Shown: positions 40,290-54,000, counted from the first letter of the stretch. The stretch: 64,000 bases of DNA from Eledone cirrhosa (GCA_964016885.1 OZ024740.1:26660001-26724000); one strand, 5' to 3'. The notes: a model not told the origin generated them from the letters alone. Numbers and translations: made by a program.

Positions 40290-42444
40290 CCTTGTTGTCA
40301 CCATACCCCCTGACCTCCCCCTCTCCGCACCTGAGCGCTCACTCCTTAGTAGAGGCCTTCGCTTCATACCCCACACTCCGCACAGCGACGAGTTCCGCAC
40401 CCGAACGGAAGTCGAGCGATTCGTGCGACGCACTAAGCTACAGGCATATTTCGGCCGAACGCCACCGGCTCCGGACGCCCCAGACCCGTTTCTACCCCTG
40501 GGCAGACGACCATCTTCTTGGACGCCGGCCCCAGGGCAATTTAGCACCCTGGACGCCTTCGTCGATGCCAGCCGTAGCGCAGTAAATCGTTTCGACTTCC
40601 GCCACCGTTCCAAACGGTACAATATCTCACGGGGCGAACTCCTCGCTCTCCGCTCCCTCCGTAGCCGAGATGACATCGTCATCAAACCGGCGGACAAGGG
40701 AGGCGCCGTAGTGGTGTGGCGCGCGGACCTCTACACTGCCGAAGCCCCCAGGCAGCTCTGAAACCCCCTCTTTTACCGCCCTCTACCCTCCGATCCCACC
40801 CCGCTCTACCAACAACAAGTCTCCTCCACCATCAAAGACCTTATCGCCTCCTCCCTCCTCCCCCCCACCGCTTCCCACCTCATCGTCCGCACCCCACGCA
40901 CCCTCACCATCTACTTCCTCCCCAAACTCCACAAACCCGACAACCCCGGCCGCCCCATTGTCTCCGCTTGCAACTGCCCCACCGAACTCATCTCCGCCTT
41001 TCTCGACACCCTCCTCGCCCCCCTTGTCACCACCCTCCCCTCCCACATCTCCGACACCAACCACGCCCTGCGCCTTTTCGAATCCTTCACCTACCCACCC
41101 GGCCCACAGCCCTTCCTCTTCACCCTAGACATCAAGTCCCTCTATACCGTCATCCTCCACGCCAACGGCAATCGCGCCCTCAAACACTACCTCGACCTTC
41201 GCCCCTCCCCCATTCCCTCCACCCCCACCCTCCTTCGCCTCGCCGAGCTGGTCCTCACCCTGGTGAGTTTTACCAACAGGTCACGGGGGTAGCCATGGGT
41301 ACAAGAATGGGCCCGAACTATGCCAACCTTTTTGTTGGCCATGTTGAGGCCCAAATCTTTGCCCAGTACACCGGCCCCACGCCCGAACTGTACGGTCGTT
41401 ACATTGCGACTGTATCGGAGCCACGACCCTCACCCGAGAACAGCTCGACTCCTTTCTCTCCTTCTTCTGCTCCTTCCACCCGTCCCTCCACTTCACCACC
41501 TCTATCTCCACCACCCACGTCCACTTCTTAGACATCTCCGTCGCCTTCGACCCCTCCCACCACTCCCTCGTCACCTCCGCCTTCTTCAAACCCACCGACT
41601 CCCACTCTTACCTCGACTTCACCTCTTCCCACCCCACCCACACTAAACACTCCATTCCCTACTCCCAACTTCTCAGGATCCGCCTCCTCTGTAGCCGGGA
41701 TGCTGACTTTGAGTCCCAGGCCCTTTCCCTAGTCAGCCATTTCATCCGCAGAGGTTCCCCCCCTCTCGTCCACACCGCTCTCACCCGCGCCCGTGCTGTC
41801 CCCCGCTCCACCACCCTCACCCCACGCCACAGCACACCCACCCACCGTCTCCCCTTCCCTATCACCTACCACCCCTCCACCTTACACCTCCACCGCACCA
41901 TCCGCCGCCTGTTCCGACGCCTCCAGTCCGACACCTCCAACTCCCACATCTTCCCAACCCCACCACTCCCCTCCTTCAAACGCGCACGCAATATCCGCAC
42001 CCTCCTCGTCCACAGCCCCCTACCCCCCAACCCACGCTGTGTTTCCTCCCCCGGTTCCTTTCCCTGTTCTAGGCCCCGCTGCAACACCTGTCCCCACATC
42101 ATCAACACCACCACCTTCCAGGGTCGCAACGGCCACTCTCTCTCGGTCCGGCATGCCTTCCGCTGCACCTCCTCCAACCTAGTTTACGGACTTATGTCGG
42201 ACAGACGGGACGTCGCCTGGCGGACCGATTCACGGAGCACCTCCGGGATATTCGTCTCGGGGGCAGTTCCCCCATCGCCCGCCACTTTGGTGGCCTTGGA
42301 CATTCCGCACGCCATCTCACAGTCTGTGGCCTACTCCAGTGCCACGGAACACCCGCCAATCGCCTTACGGTCGAACAACGAACTATCTTCATCTTACAGA
42401 CCCACACTCCCCCCGGCCTGAACTCCCCACCCTTATTCCTTTAG
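40290..42444 (+). pseudogene. PLE reverse transcriptase + CxxxxCxxC linker + GIY-YIG endonuclease, frameshifted
   Basis: YNISRGELLALRSLRSRDDIVIKPADKGGAVVVW; YFLPKLHKPDNPGRPIVS; FTLDIKSLYT; YQQVTGVAMGTRMGPNYANLF; RYI(D)D; CSRPRCNTC; NLVY..YVGQTGRRLADRFTEH; PPGLN. Confidence 0.95.
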
Positions 42445-44051
42445 CCTTCGACACACTTATCCCCCACTAACACACACGTGCTTTCCACCACATATTTACA
42501 CCCTCAGCCTCCTGATTTCTCTCCCCCCACCGCTCTATCCACACACGCACAGACACTCCGACCCCACACACACTTATCCCCCACTAACACCACTAACACA
42601 CCCCTCCTTTTCACCGCCCACCCCACAACTAACAATACTAACACCTCCACTCCACCACTCATCTGACCACCCTTCCCCAACTAACATACTAACATCCCTC
42701 CCCTCTTCTCCTCCTCCCCCTCCTTATCACACGCACACACCCACCGGCACATACATACACGCGCTCACACTAAACACACACCTTACTACCACCACTAACC
42801 CTCACCCCCACACCTCCATCCCAACACCCCGCAACTAACCTCACTAACAACCCCTAACCCCAAGCACACGAACACACGCACCCACTTACACCACCCACCC
42901 CACACGCAACTAACATCACTAACACCCCCCAACCCCACGCACACGTACCCACACACCCTCGTACACCACCAACTCTACACACCCTACCACCACTAACCCC
43001 CACTCACACCTGAATTCAACCCCTCCCCACCTCCCGTATACTAACACCCACTAACACCTCTTCATCAAACTACACACACACCAGTACACCACACTCCCTC
43101 CATAGAACCACACACACCCTTCTCTCCCCGCTCCACCCACACCCTCGCTCCACACTCACTCATCCCACTAACACCTCTACTAATACACACACACACACAC
43201 CCTCCTCACTCCAACTTTCACACCTACCCTTCCTCGCCCTTTTACCATTCCACCGACTGCTGCTATGCCCTCTGACCAGCTCCCAGCATAAACAGACACA
43301 CAGCACTCCCACTGCTTCACCATTTCCTGTTGCGCGCGCACCCCACATCTCTCCGCTTCCGACCATCGCTTCATGGAATACCCACACGCAGAAATTGACC
43401 AACAACGAATCCACTAAACATCTTCAGAATTTACCTACTTTTCAACCATCCTCTTACGTTATCACCTATATAACTCACCCACACACACACCCCAAAACAA
43501 ATTTTTTCTCCACACGCCACCTACACCCACAACACGCTTAAACCCCACACACACGTGCTTTCCACCACATATTTACACCCTCAGCACCCTCAGCCTCCTG
43601 ATTTCTCTCCCCCTACCGCTCTATCCACACACGCACAGACACTCCGACCCCCCCCCCCCCCACACCTCTTCCTGAACATGCAACCCCGTTCTTCCCCCAA
43701 CCCTTACTTTCACATACACACACACACACACACACGCACACCTACACACACACACCACCTTCAGCCCTCCCCGCTCGGACACCCCGTCTCCCTCTCTCCA
43801 CTCCTCCCGCCACCCCCTACACCCCCCACGCTTCCACCACCTGTTTTACCCCCCCTTTTAATTTCAGTTTATTTTGATCATGCCTTTATTTTTAAATTTT
43901 CTCATTCCTTGTATTTTGATCATGCTTTATTTTTATTTATTATATTTTTTGTCTTTATTTGTTAATTTTTCATTCGCACCGTTTCCTTTCGCTATATGTC
44001 TCTCCACCACTCCCCTACACACCCTTTGAACTCTGTTCCCTCACACTTCTC

Positions 44052-44083
44052 ACCTGAGGAAGGGCTTATGCCCGAAACGTCGT
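44052..44083 (+). ncRNA. Minimal type I hammerhead at PLE 3' end
   Basis: ac-CTGAGGA-a-gggc(ttat)gccc-GAAA-cg-TC-gt. Confidence 0.8.
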
Positions 44084-44171
44084 CCCCCACCATCACCCCA
44101 CTCTCCAGAGCGTGAAATTAATAAACATTCGTTGTACTGCCTCTCTGTTTTGTCCCTGTTCAAATTTTTCC

Positions 44172-44223
<52 letters not shown>

Positions 44224-44228
<5 letters not shown>

Positions 44229-44441
44229 TAGTGAGGTTTTTTTTACAAAATGAAAAATAACCGAGGTGTCCTACACGAGTGAAAGTATAAAGAAAAAGAG
44301 ATGAAATCGAAAATGCAACTGGAGTCTTATTTTTTTTTTTTTTAAATATATATATTTATTTGGTTCCTTTACCGGTTTCGCAGTTCTTCTGCTTTTCAAA
44401 AGGTGAGTTGAGATGGAGGGTCTGTGGTTTTTCTCACATCT
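44224..44441 (-). mobile_element. Family P monomer (about 215 nt)
   Basis: Single arm from agatgtgagaaaaacc to ctatctaa-(TA)n. Confidence 0.85.
44365..44404 (-). ncRNA. Type I hammerhead, U3-A8 variant (family P)
   Basis: RC acctt-TTGAAAA-gcag(aagaa)ctgc-GAAA-ccgg-TA-aagga; 4-bp stem I cctt/aagg. Confidence 0.8.
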
Positions 44442-44938
44442 GGTTGGTCTCTGAGTGTTACTTGTTTTATATGGAAAAAGTGGCTCGAAATGCCATACGA
44501 TTGTTATGTGATTGAAACAAAGAGCTGGAACAGGTAACGTAAGAAGCTCTAGTAATTCAGGCAAACCACTGCACCTTGGTTAAAATTAATATATTTATCG
44601 AAGAAGGCGAAACAATAAATAGGCCAACTTGACAATTTCGGTATTATCACTGAGAGTATATAGAGACAATATATCAAATGACTATGAAAGGTTGGCGTCT
44701 ATATTTACTTATGAATGCTGTTTATATTTATTAATGTCTTTTCGATCAGAACATCAAGTGGATTGGATGGTTAGTGTTAAACATCACTAATAACAAATAC
44801 AGAAAACTGATATTCAGAAAATAAATATAAAAATCAACACAATGCCAGTTATGAAGAGATACATTTTATAATTTGTAAAACTACACAGTAAACACTGACA
44901 CTTTGCATAATACGGTCATATGTTCGTAGGTATAATAA

Positions 44939-44975
<37 letters not shown>

Positions 44976-44980
<5 letters not shown>

Positions 44981-45456
44981 AAATGGGGAGAAGAATACTG
45001 CAGGTTGCACATGGATAACATGTTATAAAATGAGTCCCTCATTAGTGATTTGCCAACGATCATGGATATTTCATTGCATTAAAAATCATATACCTCACGT
45101 TGGTGCAATAATAACTAAATTAAGTTATTAGGACAATTAAAACGCGTAAAGCGAGTGAGACAAGTAAACAACAAAGAGAAAAGCTATCCGTAGATAGGAA
45201 GAGGCACACGCTACATAGTTATTCTATCAGCATAAGCTGGGTGAATATATGAGCGCGTAGAAAATAGACCTTTCGAGATGAATCCAATGTAAGAAAGAAG
45301 GAAATTGTTTTCGTCGCGAACGGGGAGAAGTGAAAATGGGAGAAACAGTGAGTGAGTGAGTGGAAGTGTGAGGAAGAGGTCAGTAGAGAGAAAGTGTTAA
45401 CTGATATGACAGAGGGGGCGAAAGAAAGTAAGAGAAACAGAGAGAACGAGGGAGCA

Positions 45457-45552
<96 letters not shown>

Positions 45553-45720
45553 CAGAATCGCAGTTTAGGTAGATATATGTGAAAAAATGGGGAGAAGAAT
45601 TCTGCAGGTTGCACATGGATAACATGTTATAAAATGAGTCCCTCATCAGTGATTTGCCAACGATCATGGATATTTCATTGCATTAAAAATCATATACCTC
45701 ACGTTGGTGCAATAATAACT

Positions 45721-45727
<7 letters not shown>
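44976..45727. repeat. (TA)n-bounded element with about 150-bp terminal direct repeats (offset about 604)
   Basis: 44976-45122 is nearly identical to 45580-45726. Confidence 0.85.
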
Positions 45728-45778
<51 letters not shown>

Positions 45779-45805
45779 GAAAGTGAACAACACTAAATAT
45801 AACTA

Positions 45806-45873
45806 CTCCATTACCAAAGGTTACTGGATCCCAGACAATAATAATACAAGTCTGGATCGGTCGTCAGACAGAG
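45806..45873 (-). ncRNA. Degenerate type I hammerhead
   Basis: RC ctctgt-CTGACGA-ccgatccagac...gtctgggatcca-GTAA-cctttgg-TA-atggag; A13 mutated. Confidence 0.55.
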
Positions 45874-45961
45874 ATGTTATCATATGTTCATTTTTCAATT
45901 AAATAGCTCTGTTCTATACATAGAGCATTCTATTTTCCTTTGCTTTTCCTTCGGAATTATC

Positions 45962-46023
<62 letters not shown>

Positions 46024-47497
46024 GTAGGAGGTGAGTTTTATTGTAGTACAATAAAGCAATGCAGATATCGGATAAGAAGCACTCTACAGTTTGTAGGACT
46101 GGAGTGTACATAATATAATAATATGGTCCTTGAAAGACAAAAACATTAAATATACCATCTTTTGGAAGAAGGTTTCTTCTGCATCCTCATACTTGAACAG
46201 CTCTCTATCTAAAATCTGTAATCTCTGCCTAAATGAAAAATTTACCATTATCTCTAATCTAGATTCTATAATAAATAGACGTACAGATTTGTTTTCTATC
46301 TGCCTGCATAAATTCCATATGACTTTTCACAAAGTATACAGTTAATATTCAATTCTTTATCAATTTAGAATCTTTTCTCAAAGGCACATATACATACACC
46401 TCTTTAAAATATACCCATCTTCCTACCTTACTTCAAACTTACACTCTATAATACTTGTTTACTCATTACCCTCTTTCTATCTTCACCTTGTAAAATCCTT
46501 CATAACATATACATTTGTTTTTTTGACGTTAGAATATTCATCCGCAATTATTATTATTTTTTCTCTCTATCATAAAACTTTTTAATCTCAATTTCATCCT
46601 TAATTTATTATTTTTTTCTCCCCATCAACGAACTCATTCTTAATACATATTAACTCTTTCTTCGCACATATTATCAATTCCTTCAATATACAAACTTTAA
46701 CTTCACATTATTTTTCTCAAATCCTTCTACACACAAACCTTAATAATTTTTTCTCTTCGTTAATTTTGAAATTGCCACAATACTTATCAACATACACCTT
46801 TTTGACGTTAGAATATTCATCCACAATTATTATTTTTTCTCTCTATCTTCATACATAAACTCCCTCTCTTTCCTCGTAAATATTTTTCCCTTCGTTAATT
46901 TTCAAATTCTTTTAATTTATACATTATCTTCCAACGGTTCTCAACCTCTCTATGTAAAACAATATATCTTTTCTCAGTTATAAAAACTATCTCTTTCTCT
47001 CTATCACCCATCTCTCCCTCTCCACCTTCACTCTCATCTCCTCCCCCTTTTTTCATCCTTTCCACCCCCCCTCCCTAAATAAAATATTTTTTCCTCGTAC
47101 ATATCTTTCCCTTCGTTAATTTTCAAATTCTTTTAATTTATACATTATCTTCCAACGGTTTTCAACCTCTCTATGTAAAACAATATATCTTCTCTCAGTT
47201 ATAAAAACTATCTCTTTCTCTCTATCACCCATCTCTCCCTCTCATCTCCTCCCCTTTTTCATCCTTTCCACCCCCCCCTCTCTAAATAAAATATTTTTCC
47301 CAATATCACACATCAATCTAAAACAACTTTTCATATGTTGATTTAAAACTGCACTATCCACAAGTGTTTTTTAGCCTTCATATCTTGTTCTCCTGTTTTA
47401 TCTGATGAAAACACAAATATTATTGCATGATGATGTTTGTTTTTGAAATGCGCATAATAAAATACATGGAACTCCTTTAACCGTCTTTTGATCTTAT
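46024..47497 (+). mobile_element. 3' fragment of a Nematis-like PLE with inverted pLTR piece at its 5' junction
   Basis: 46024-46120 inverted family-N sequence; 46120-46345 IWSLKDKNIKYTIFWK...CNLCLNEK...IINRRTDLFSICLHK (GIY-YIG C-terminus); about 1-kb pyrimidine-rich 3' UTR with internal duplications; HHR; (TA)n. Confidence 0.8.
47394..47464 (+). ncRNA. Type I hammerhead (family N)
   Basis: tgttttat-CTGATGA-aaacacaaat...gtttgttttt-GAAA-tgcgca-TA-ataaaata. Confidence 0.85.
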
Positions 47498-47522
47498 ATT
47501 ATATATATATATATATATATGA

Positions 47523-47876
47523 AGGAGGTGAGTTTTATTGTAGCACAATAAAGCAATGCAAATATCGGATAAGTAGCACTCAACAGTTTGTAGGACTGGA
47601 GTATAAATAATATAAAATCAATATGTTGATTTAACACTTCACTGCTCGCAAGTGTTTTTTAAGCTTCCTATCATGTCTCCCTATTTTATCTGATGAGAAC
47701 GCAAATACCATCCCATGATGATATTTGTTTTTGAAATGCGCCTAATAAAATACATGGAACTCTTTTAACCGCCTTTAGATCTCATATTATTTATACTCCA
47801 GTCCTATCAACGGTGGAGTGCTACTCATACGATATCTGCATTGCTTTATTGTGCTACAATAAAACTCACCTCCTAC
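47523..47876 (+). mobile_element. Solo family-N element with about 87-bp inverted arms enclosing one HHR
   Basis: 47525-47611 is an imperfect reverse complement of 47786-47872; (TA)n both sides. Confidence 0.85.
47682..47752 (+). ncRNA. Type I hammerhead (family N), stem III mutated
   Basis: tattttat-CTGATGA-gaacgcaaatac...tatttgttttt-GAAA-tgcgcc-TA-ataaaata. Confidence 0.75.
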
Positions 47877-48054
47877 ATATATATATATTAGATATGTCTC
47901 ATTTGAAATAATACAGCCAATTTTCCACGAAATACTTTTAGTTAGCACCCCGAACACATAATTGGGAATATAATCACTTATTTCCAAATGATTGTTGAGT
48001 GAGTTGGAGTTTGGCCGGAGTATCGGTAAAAAGCTTTCTCCGATATTGTATTTA

Positions 48055-48329
<275 letters not shown>

Positions 48330-48517
48330 TAGGTAAATATACACGGGTGTGTGTGATTGTGTATAGAATATTATATTAATAAGAGGAATTCCAACTTTGT
48401 CTGATTTACTCGTTTTATTAACAATCCTTTAAAATATATATAATATGGTATTATAATGAAATAGTATGATAGAATATTAAATTCTAAGTGTTAATTGAAC
48501 ATACTTTGTCGCATAGA

Positions 48518-48654
48518 GTTACGGCCCGTGCCATTCTGATTTCAAATCACGCCGAGGTTAACTTTGCCTTTCATCCTTACGGGGTCGATAAAATAGAGTA
48601 CCAGTAATACACTGGTAATTTGCTGGCCTTGTGCCAAAAGTAGAAACAATTATT
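48518..48654 (+). mobile_element. SINE family A
   Basis: gccgaggttaactttgcctttcatccttacggggtcgataaaatagagtaccag...ggccttgtgccaaaagtagaaacaattatta. Confidence 0.8.
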
Positions 48655-48938
48655 AGAATTATAATATTTGTCTTTGGGAGAAAGAAATTTCAACAATATA
48701 AACATATGTAGCATGTCGGAATGTATGTATTTGTGTATGTATATATATGTATGTGTGTATGAATATGTATGTATGTATGTATGTTTGTATGTGTATATGT
48801 ATGTAGATATGTATGTATGTATGTATATATGTATGTATGTATGTATGCATATATGTATGTATGCATATATATATGTATATATGTATGTATGTATGTATAT
48901 ATGTATGTATTTATGTATGTATGTTTGTATGTATGCAT

Positions 48939-48985
<47 letters not shown>

Positions 48986-49581
48986 CGTGTGTGGGTGTAT
49001 GTTTGTATGTGCGCTTGTATGTATGCATGTATGTATGTATAAGTTCAAATACACAATATATGAATATGCGGGTGTGTTGGTGAGTATATTCATATATTAT
49101 ACTGCAGTGAACTACTATTCTGCTCCTACCTGACAGACAACTGACCAATTTACAGTAGAAATACCAGCATAGAGAATAGTAGCAGAGATCTGTAGATGTG
49201 TTGGCGTAAGTAATGACAAATATATATATTCGTTTAAATTTGATGGTTCACCACTGGGTAGAATTGGTAATTCTGAAATGTTAACAATGATATAATAATA
49301 GACCTCCTCTCCGGGCTTTTTACTCCATTTTACTCCATAATATTACACAAACACACACACACACACATACACACATACATACATAAGCATATATATATAT
49401 ATATATTGTATATATGTGTGTGTGTGTGTGTGCGCGCGTGTACATATAATGGCAGTAAAGTAAGCAATAACAAAATACTTTAGCCTCATAAATATACTAT
49501 ATATTTTCTACCTATTTAATATTTGCTTTCTCTTCTTAATCATATATCTTCACCATATACACACACACATATATATAAGTA

Positions 49582-49680
<99 letters not shown>

Positions 49681-49726
49681 ATATATATATATTTATATAT
49701 ATGTTTATATATATATATATATATAT

Positions 49727-49788
<62 letters not shown>

Positions 49789-49804
49789 GTATATATATAT
49801 ATAT

Positions 49805-50039
<235 letters not shown>

Positions 50040-50150
50040 AATATATAAATATATCTATATACATATGTATGTATATATATATATAAAATATATATATATA
50101 AATATATATTTATTTATTTATTTATATATATATTTATTTATATATATACA

Positions 50151-50237
<87 letters not shown>

Positions 50238-50323
50238 TTATATATAATAAGGAGTTGACGCACCCAGCATATTTATCAATTATATATATGTATATATATA
50301 TATATTCGTATGAAATCAAGGCA

Positions 50324-50360
50324 TTCCTGATGATTATATACGAATGAAGCAGTTCTAGAA
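50324..50360 (+). ncRNA. Degenerate hammerhead (cagttc-TA family)
   Basis: ttc-CTGATGA-ttatatacgaat-GAAG-cagttc-TA-gaa, followed downstream by the shared gtattgagtac motif. Confidence 0.45.
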
Positions 50361-51054
50361 CTCGTATATATAAACAATAAGGAATTCTATACTCAACCAA
50401 AGTATTGAGTACCATTTTCTAACTATGGCTATCCACCCCTTGTACAACTCGCAGTATATCTCTCAAGGTTTATAAGGAAAAGGAAAATCTACATTTTTAG
50501 CATTCGAAGCAGCACCGATATATTTATTCATGTGGTTCATTGAATTTAATAAAAAGAAGTTTATTAGTTACAAAATGGTGGCCTTCAACTTAAATAATCA
50601 AGTTGAGATAAGTACCAGACCCGCCAACCTCTCAAAACCCAAACGGGGAAGTACCATGAAAAATAGTGCCACAAAACGGGGGTAAATAAGGCAACATGTG
50701 GAGGTTTACATAATGAAAGCTATACCCATTTTCACAAGAGAAGACATCTCTCGCCCATCCCAAAGTGGGTGGGAGATCTTCCCGTCGGACGGGGATAGTT
50801 GACAGGTCTGTATGACCAGCAATAAACAGAGGCGTGCTTAAAACCACCCAGCATAGTAATTTTGATGACATTCGAAACCGTAACCACTTTTTAAAAAAAA
50901 CACCTTTGTCATCCTTTTTTACTCTTTGCCTCTATTCTAGGAAAGACACCCTAGTCAATACTTTATACTCTTTATTTTTCGTGATAGGAAAACAATAAGA
51001 AATTGCAACGAAATAATAGATTTTACAGTTTATTTACCTTAATTCTTCAATACA

Positions 51055-51362
51055 ATTGTTGTTGATTTTGGCACAAGATCAACAATTTTAGGGTGAGAGA
51101 AAAGTCGATTAAATCGACCCCGGTATGTTACTGGTGCTTGATAATGGTTTCTTAATTAGGCATAAGGCAAAACATTTTTGGGGAAGGGGAAGTTTGATTA
51201 AATCGAATCCAGTACGTTACTGGTACTTTATTTTATCGACCCTTAAAAATGATGAAATTCAAAGCTAACCTCGGCAGGAATTGAAATCAGAACGTAAAGA
51301 GAGGTAGAAGTATGTCACAATCTATATTACCCTACACTTTACCCATACAGCTAACCCACCGT
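51055..51362 (-). mobile_element. SINE family A (two adjacent decayed pieces)
   Basis: ttttggcacaag...gtcgattaaatcgaccc; ctggtactttattttatcgacc...aacctcggcaggaattgaaatcagaacgtaaag. Confidence 0.7.
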
Positions 51363-51474
51363 CCTTTAATTTTTAAATACCATACATTTATCAACGCCAT
51401 AAATTCATGCGAACACACGCCCAGATATTCTCATTTATTAGATGTATAACAATTATAATTCAAAATATTGAAAC

Positions 51475-51771
51475 CAGAGCCGGATTTAATGGGGGACGAG
51501 GGTTCAATTGCACTGGGGCCTCAGGGGAGGGGGCGTCCCACCAGCGACGGCCGTAGCAATTTATTTGCGCCCGGTTCTGGATATTTAGTTTAAGGATGGT
51601 TACATTTTTAAATTAAATTCCTGTATGTATAACTTTTAAATTACAATTACTTGTACCAACATGACTGATATGTAACATTGGGTGGTTTGCTGTGTATTCT
51701 AATTGTTTGTGTATGTGCCCTCATCCCAACCTGAAGTTCCACGGACACCCTGAGGTCTAAATTGGGCACTG
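51475..51771. mobile_element. hAT-like MITE
   Basis: Imperfect TIRs cagagccggattta / taaattgggcactg; flanks attgaaac / attaaatc (6 of 8 match, decayed 8-bp TSD). Confidence 0.6.
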
Positions 51772-51994
51772 ATTAAATCACAAAAGTACAATACGTGATT
51801 TGTTTAAATACTATTTTAGGACGTTGGAATATATAACTAGGTATATGCCAATTTAATTTTAATCCTTCGCAGGACATGTCATCTCATATGCTGGATGTAC
51901 CAGGTCGTCGTTATACGATGGAAGACAGATATAATTAATCATAAATTCTATTATCAAAAAAACTATAGTAAACATCATGGAATATAATGGTTAC

Positions 51995-52204
51995 TGAGTT
52001 AGACACAAGACCAAATATTTTTTTTTTTGGGGGGGGGAGGGTCAATTAAATTAATCCTAGTGTGATATTGCTACTTTATCGACCCCATAGGTATGAAAAC
52101 AAAGCTATCCTCAGCGGGGTTTGAACTCAGAACCTAAAGGGACTTAACTATATGCTACAAAGCATGTTGTCCGACGCTCTATTGGTACTGGCATTCTACC
52201 GCCC
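51995..52204 (-). mobile_element. SINE family A
   Basis: actttatcgacccc...gtttgaactcagaacctaaagggac...gtccgacgctct. Confidence 0.7.
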
Positions 52205-52465
52205 TAACATCATAAAGTATAATAGTCCTTGTTTTGGGTAGGAGGTTTAATGTTTCACCCTTTTTACCAAAAACATCCTACCATGTAGTACTCTTAGTTT
52301 AATTCACTTTATTGTAACACTCAGACCATGTCTCCCATAACCTTCTACATTCATTTCCATGTGTGTGCCCTCAGCTGACATCAAAATAAACAATAATGTC
52401 ACTATGAAAATCGAACATATAATCGAATGTTTACATTGTCGGTTTATTCCCAACGTATCAAAATA

Positions 52466-52551
52466 TACGAGGTTCGGCTGAAAAGTACATAAGCTGACCA
52501 AGATACTCTCAAAGAATGACCAAATGCGTTTTATTTTTCAGCATACTCCCT
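52466..52551 (+). mobile_element. Mariner-like terminal fragment
   Basis: TA-cgagg...ctgaaaagt start typical of mariner TIRs; recognised from memory, no partner TIR in the window. Confidence 0.5.
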
Positions 52552-52609
52552 GGGAAGAACCAATGCAGTTATTAACAAGAAATGTTGAAATTAATACTTG
52601 TAAGATTTC

Positions 52610-52920
52610 AACATTCGGTTATCAGAAAAAGGGAGGTAGGCTTAAAAGCCAAACTCGCTACGATCAAGTTAGTATTCGTGCCAACCCTTACCTATGAATC
52701 TTGGTTAATGACCGAAAGACTACGTAAGAATACGATCACGAATACAAGCAGGCGAAATGGGGTTCGTTGGAGGAATATTTGGAGTAACATTACTCGATAA
52801 AGTGCGTAGCTCGGAAATCAGGGAATCACTCCAGGTGCAGCTGCTACTTCTCCGATTTCAGATATCACAGCTCCCATACCATGAGCGTGTGAGTAGAACG
52901 TCCCAGGAAAGAAAAACAAA
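52610..52920 (+). pseudogene. RTE-clade LINE ORF C-terminal fragment
   Basis: KREVGLKAKL..FVPTLTY.ESWLMTER; QAGEMGF..IFGVTLLDKVRSSEIRESLQVQLLLLRFQISQL. Confidence 0.8.
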
Positions 52921-53194
52921 GTTAAGGGTGCATAATTACAATGTTATTCCTTTAAATTTCTTCAGAATGCTTATATATTTGTTGACGATATTTGGTAGAA
53001 ATATAAATTCAACAACGTAGATTATGATTATGTTCTTATAATTTTTAAAATAAAGGGATTAACAAACTTGTTTTTATACTTTTATTATAGAATTATTCTG
53101 TTCGGTAATGCCATCGTTTACTAATTAGAATGTATTTGCGGTTGTAGTAGGCTCAACATGAACATGGAAATGTTTCTTCATGCTGGTAATGATT

Positions 53195-53370
53195 AATTGT
53201 TTCTAGTTTTGGCACAAGGCTAGCAATTATTTCATTGTATTACTGGTACTTTATTTTATCGACCCTGTAAAGCAAAGTTAACCTCGGCGGGATTTGAACT
53301 CAGATCATAAAGGTGCGTAACTCTATGCTGAAAAGCATGGCGTCCGACCCTCTACCGATACTGCTAATTC
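53195..53370 (-). mobile_element. SINE family A
   Basis: ttttggcacaaggc...ctggtactttattttatcgacc...gcaaagttaacctcggcgggatttgaactcaga. Confidence 0.8.
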
Positions 53371-53936
53371 ACAATGATTAATATTAACTAGATTAATGTC
53401 ATAGATCTGTTATAGTCACGCAATATCATTTCCACAATTACAAAACACGAAAAACATTAATAGAATTTAAAATTTCCATTAACTTCCATCAACATAATTA
53501 TCGTCTCAACATTAAAAAATGTATCTGTAATATTTCATTCTAATATATGCATTATTAAGAAATATATAAGGAAACGAATTCGAGGGGCGTACAAATCTGT
53601 AATTATGCCGATACCGAAAAATCACTTGGGATCGCTCAATCAAATTCTGTATGAGGGCGTAACCATTTTGAATTATTTAACATGGTGTAAACTCTTTTGT
53701 TTACAGTGAGTATCGAGTTAGAGAAATGGGGAGATGAATTAATACCAAAATAGATTTTATGTTGAGTCTTGCATTTTATAAAGGCGATTTCAATTATCAT
53801 ATAGATATTATTTTATGCATTTATTTATTAATGTTCTTTATGAAGGTAGATATTCCGTGTTGATTGAAGGTATGGCACGAATTATATACGTTATCATATA
53901 TATATAAGTATATATATATATATATAAATATATATA

Positions 53937-54000
<64 letters not shown>

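Larger units (their letters stand above)
40277..44173 (+). mobile_element. Penelope-like element (Neptune-like), 5'-truncated, with long C/A-rich 3' region and terminal HHR
   Basis: RT-GIY-YIG ORF, internal direct repeat 42469-42570 / 43546-43650, HHR at 44052-44083, AATAAA at 44120-44125, (TA)n both sides. Confidence 0.9.

Noticed and set aside
47394-47752. Two HHRs 288 nt apart read as a tandem retrozyme dimer
   Set aside because: They are separated by a (TA)n tract and an inverted arm and have diverged; better explained as two independent family-N insertions.
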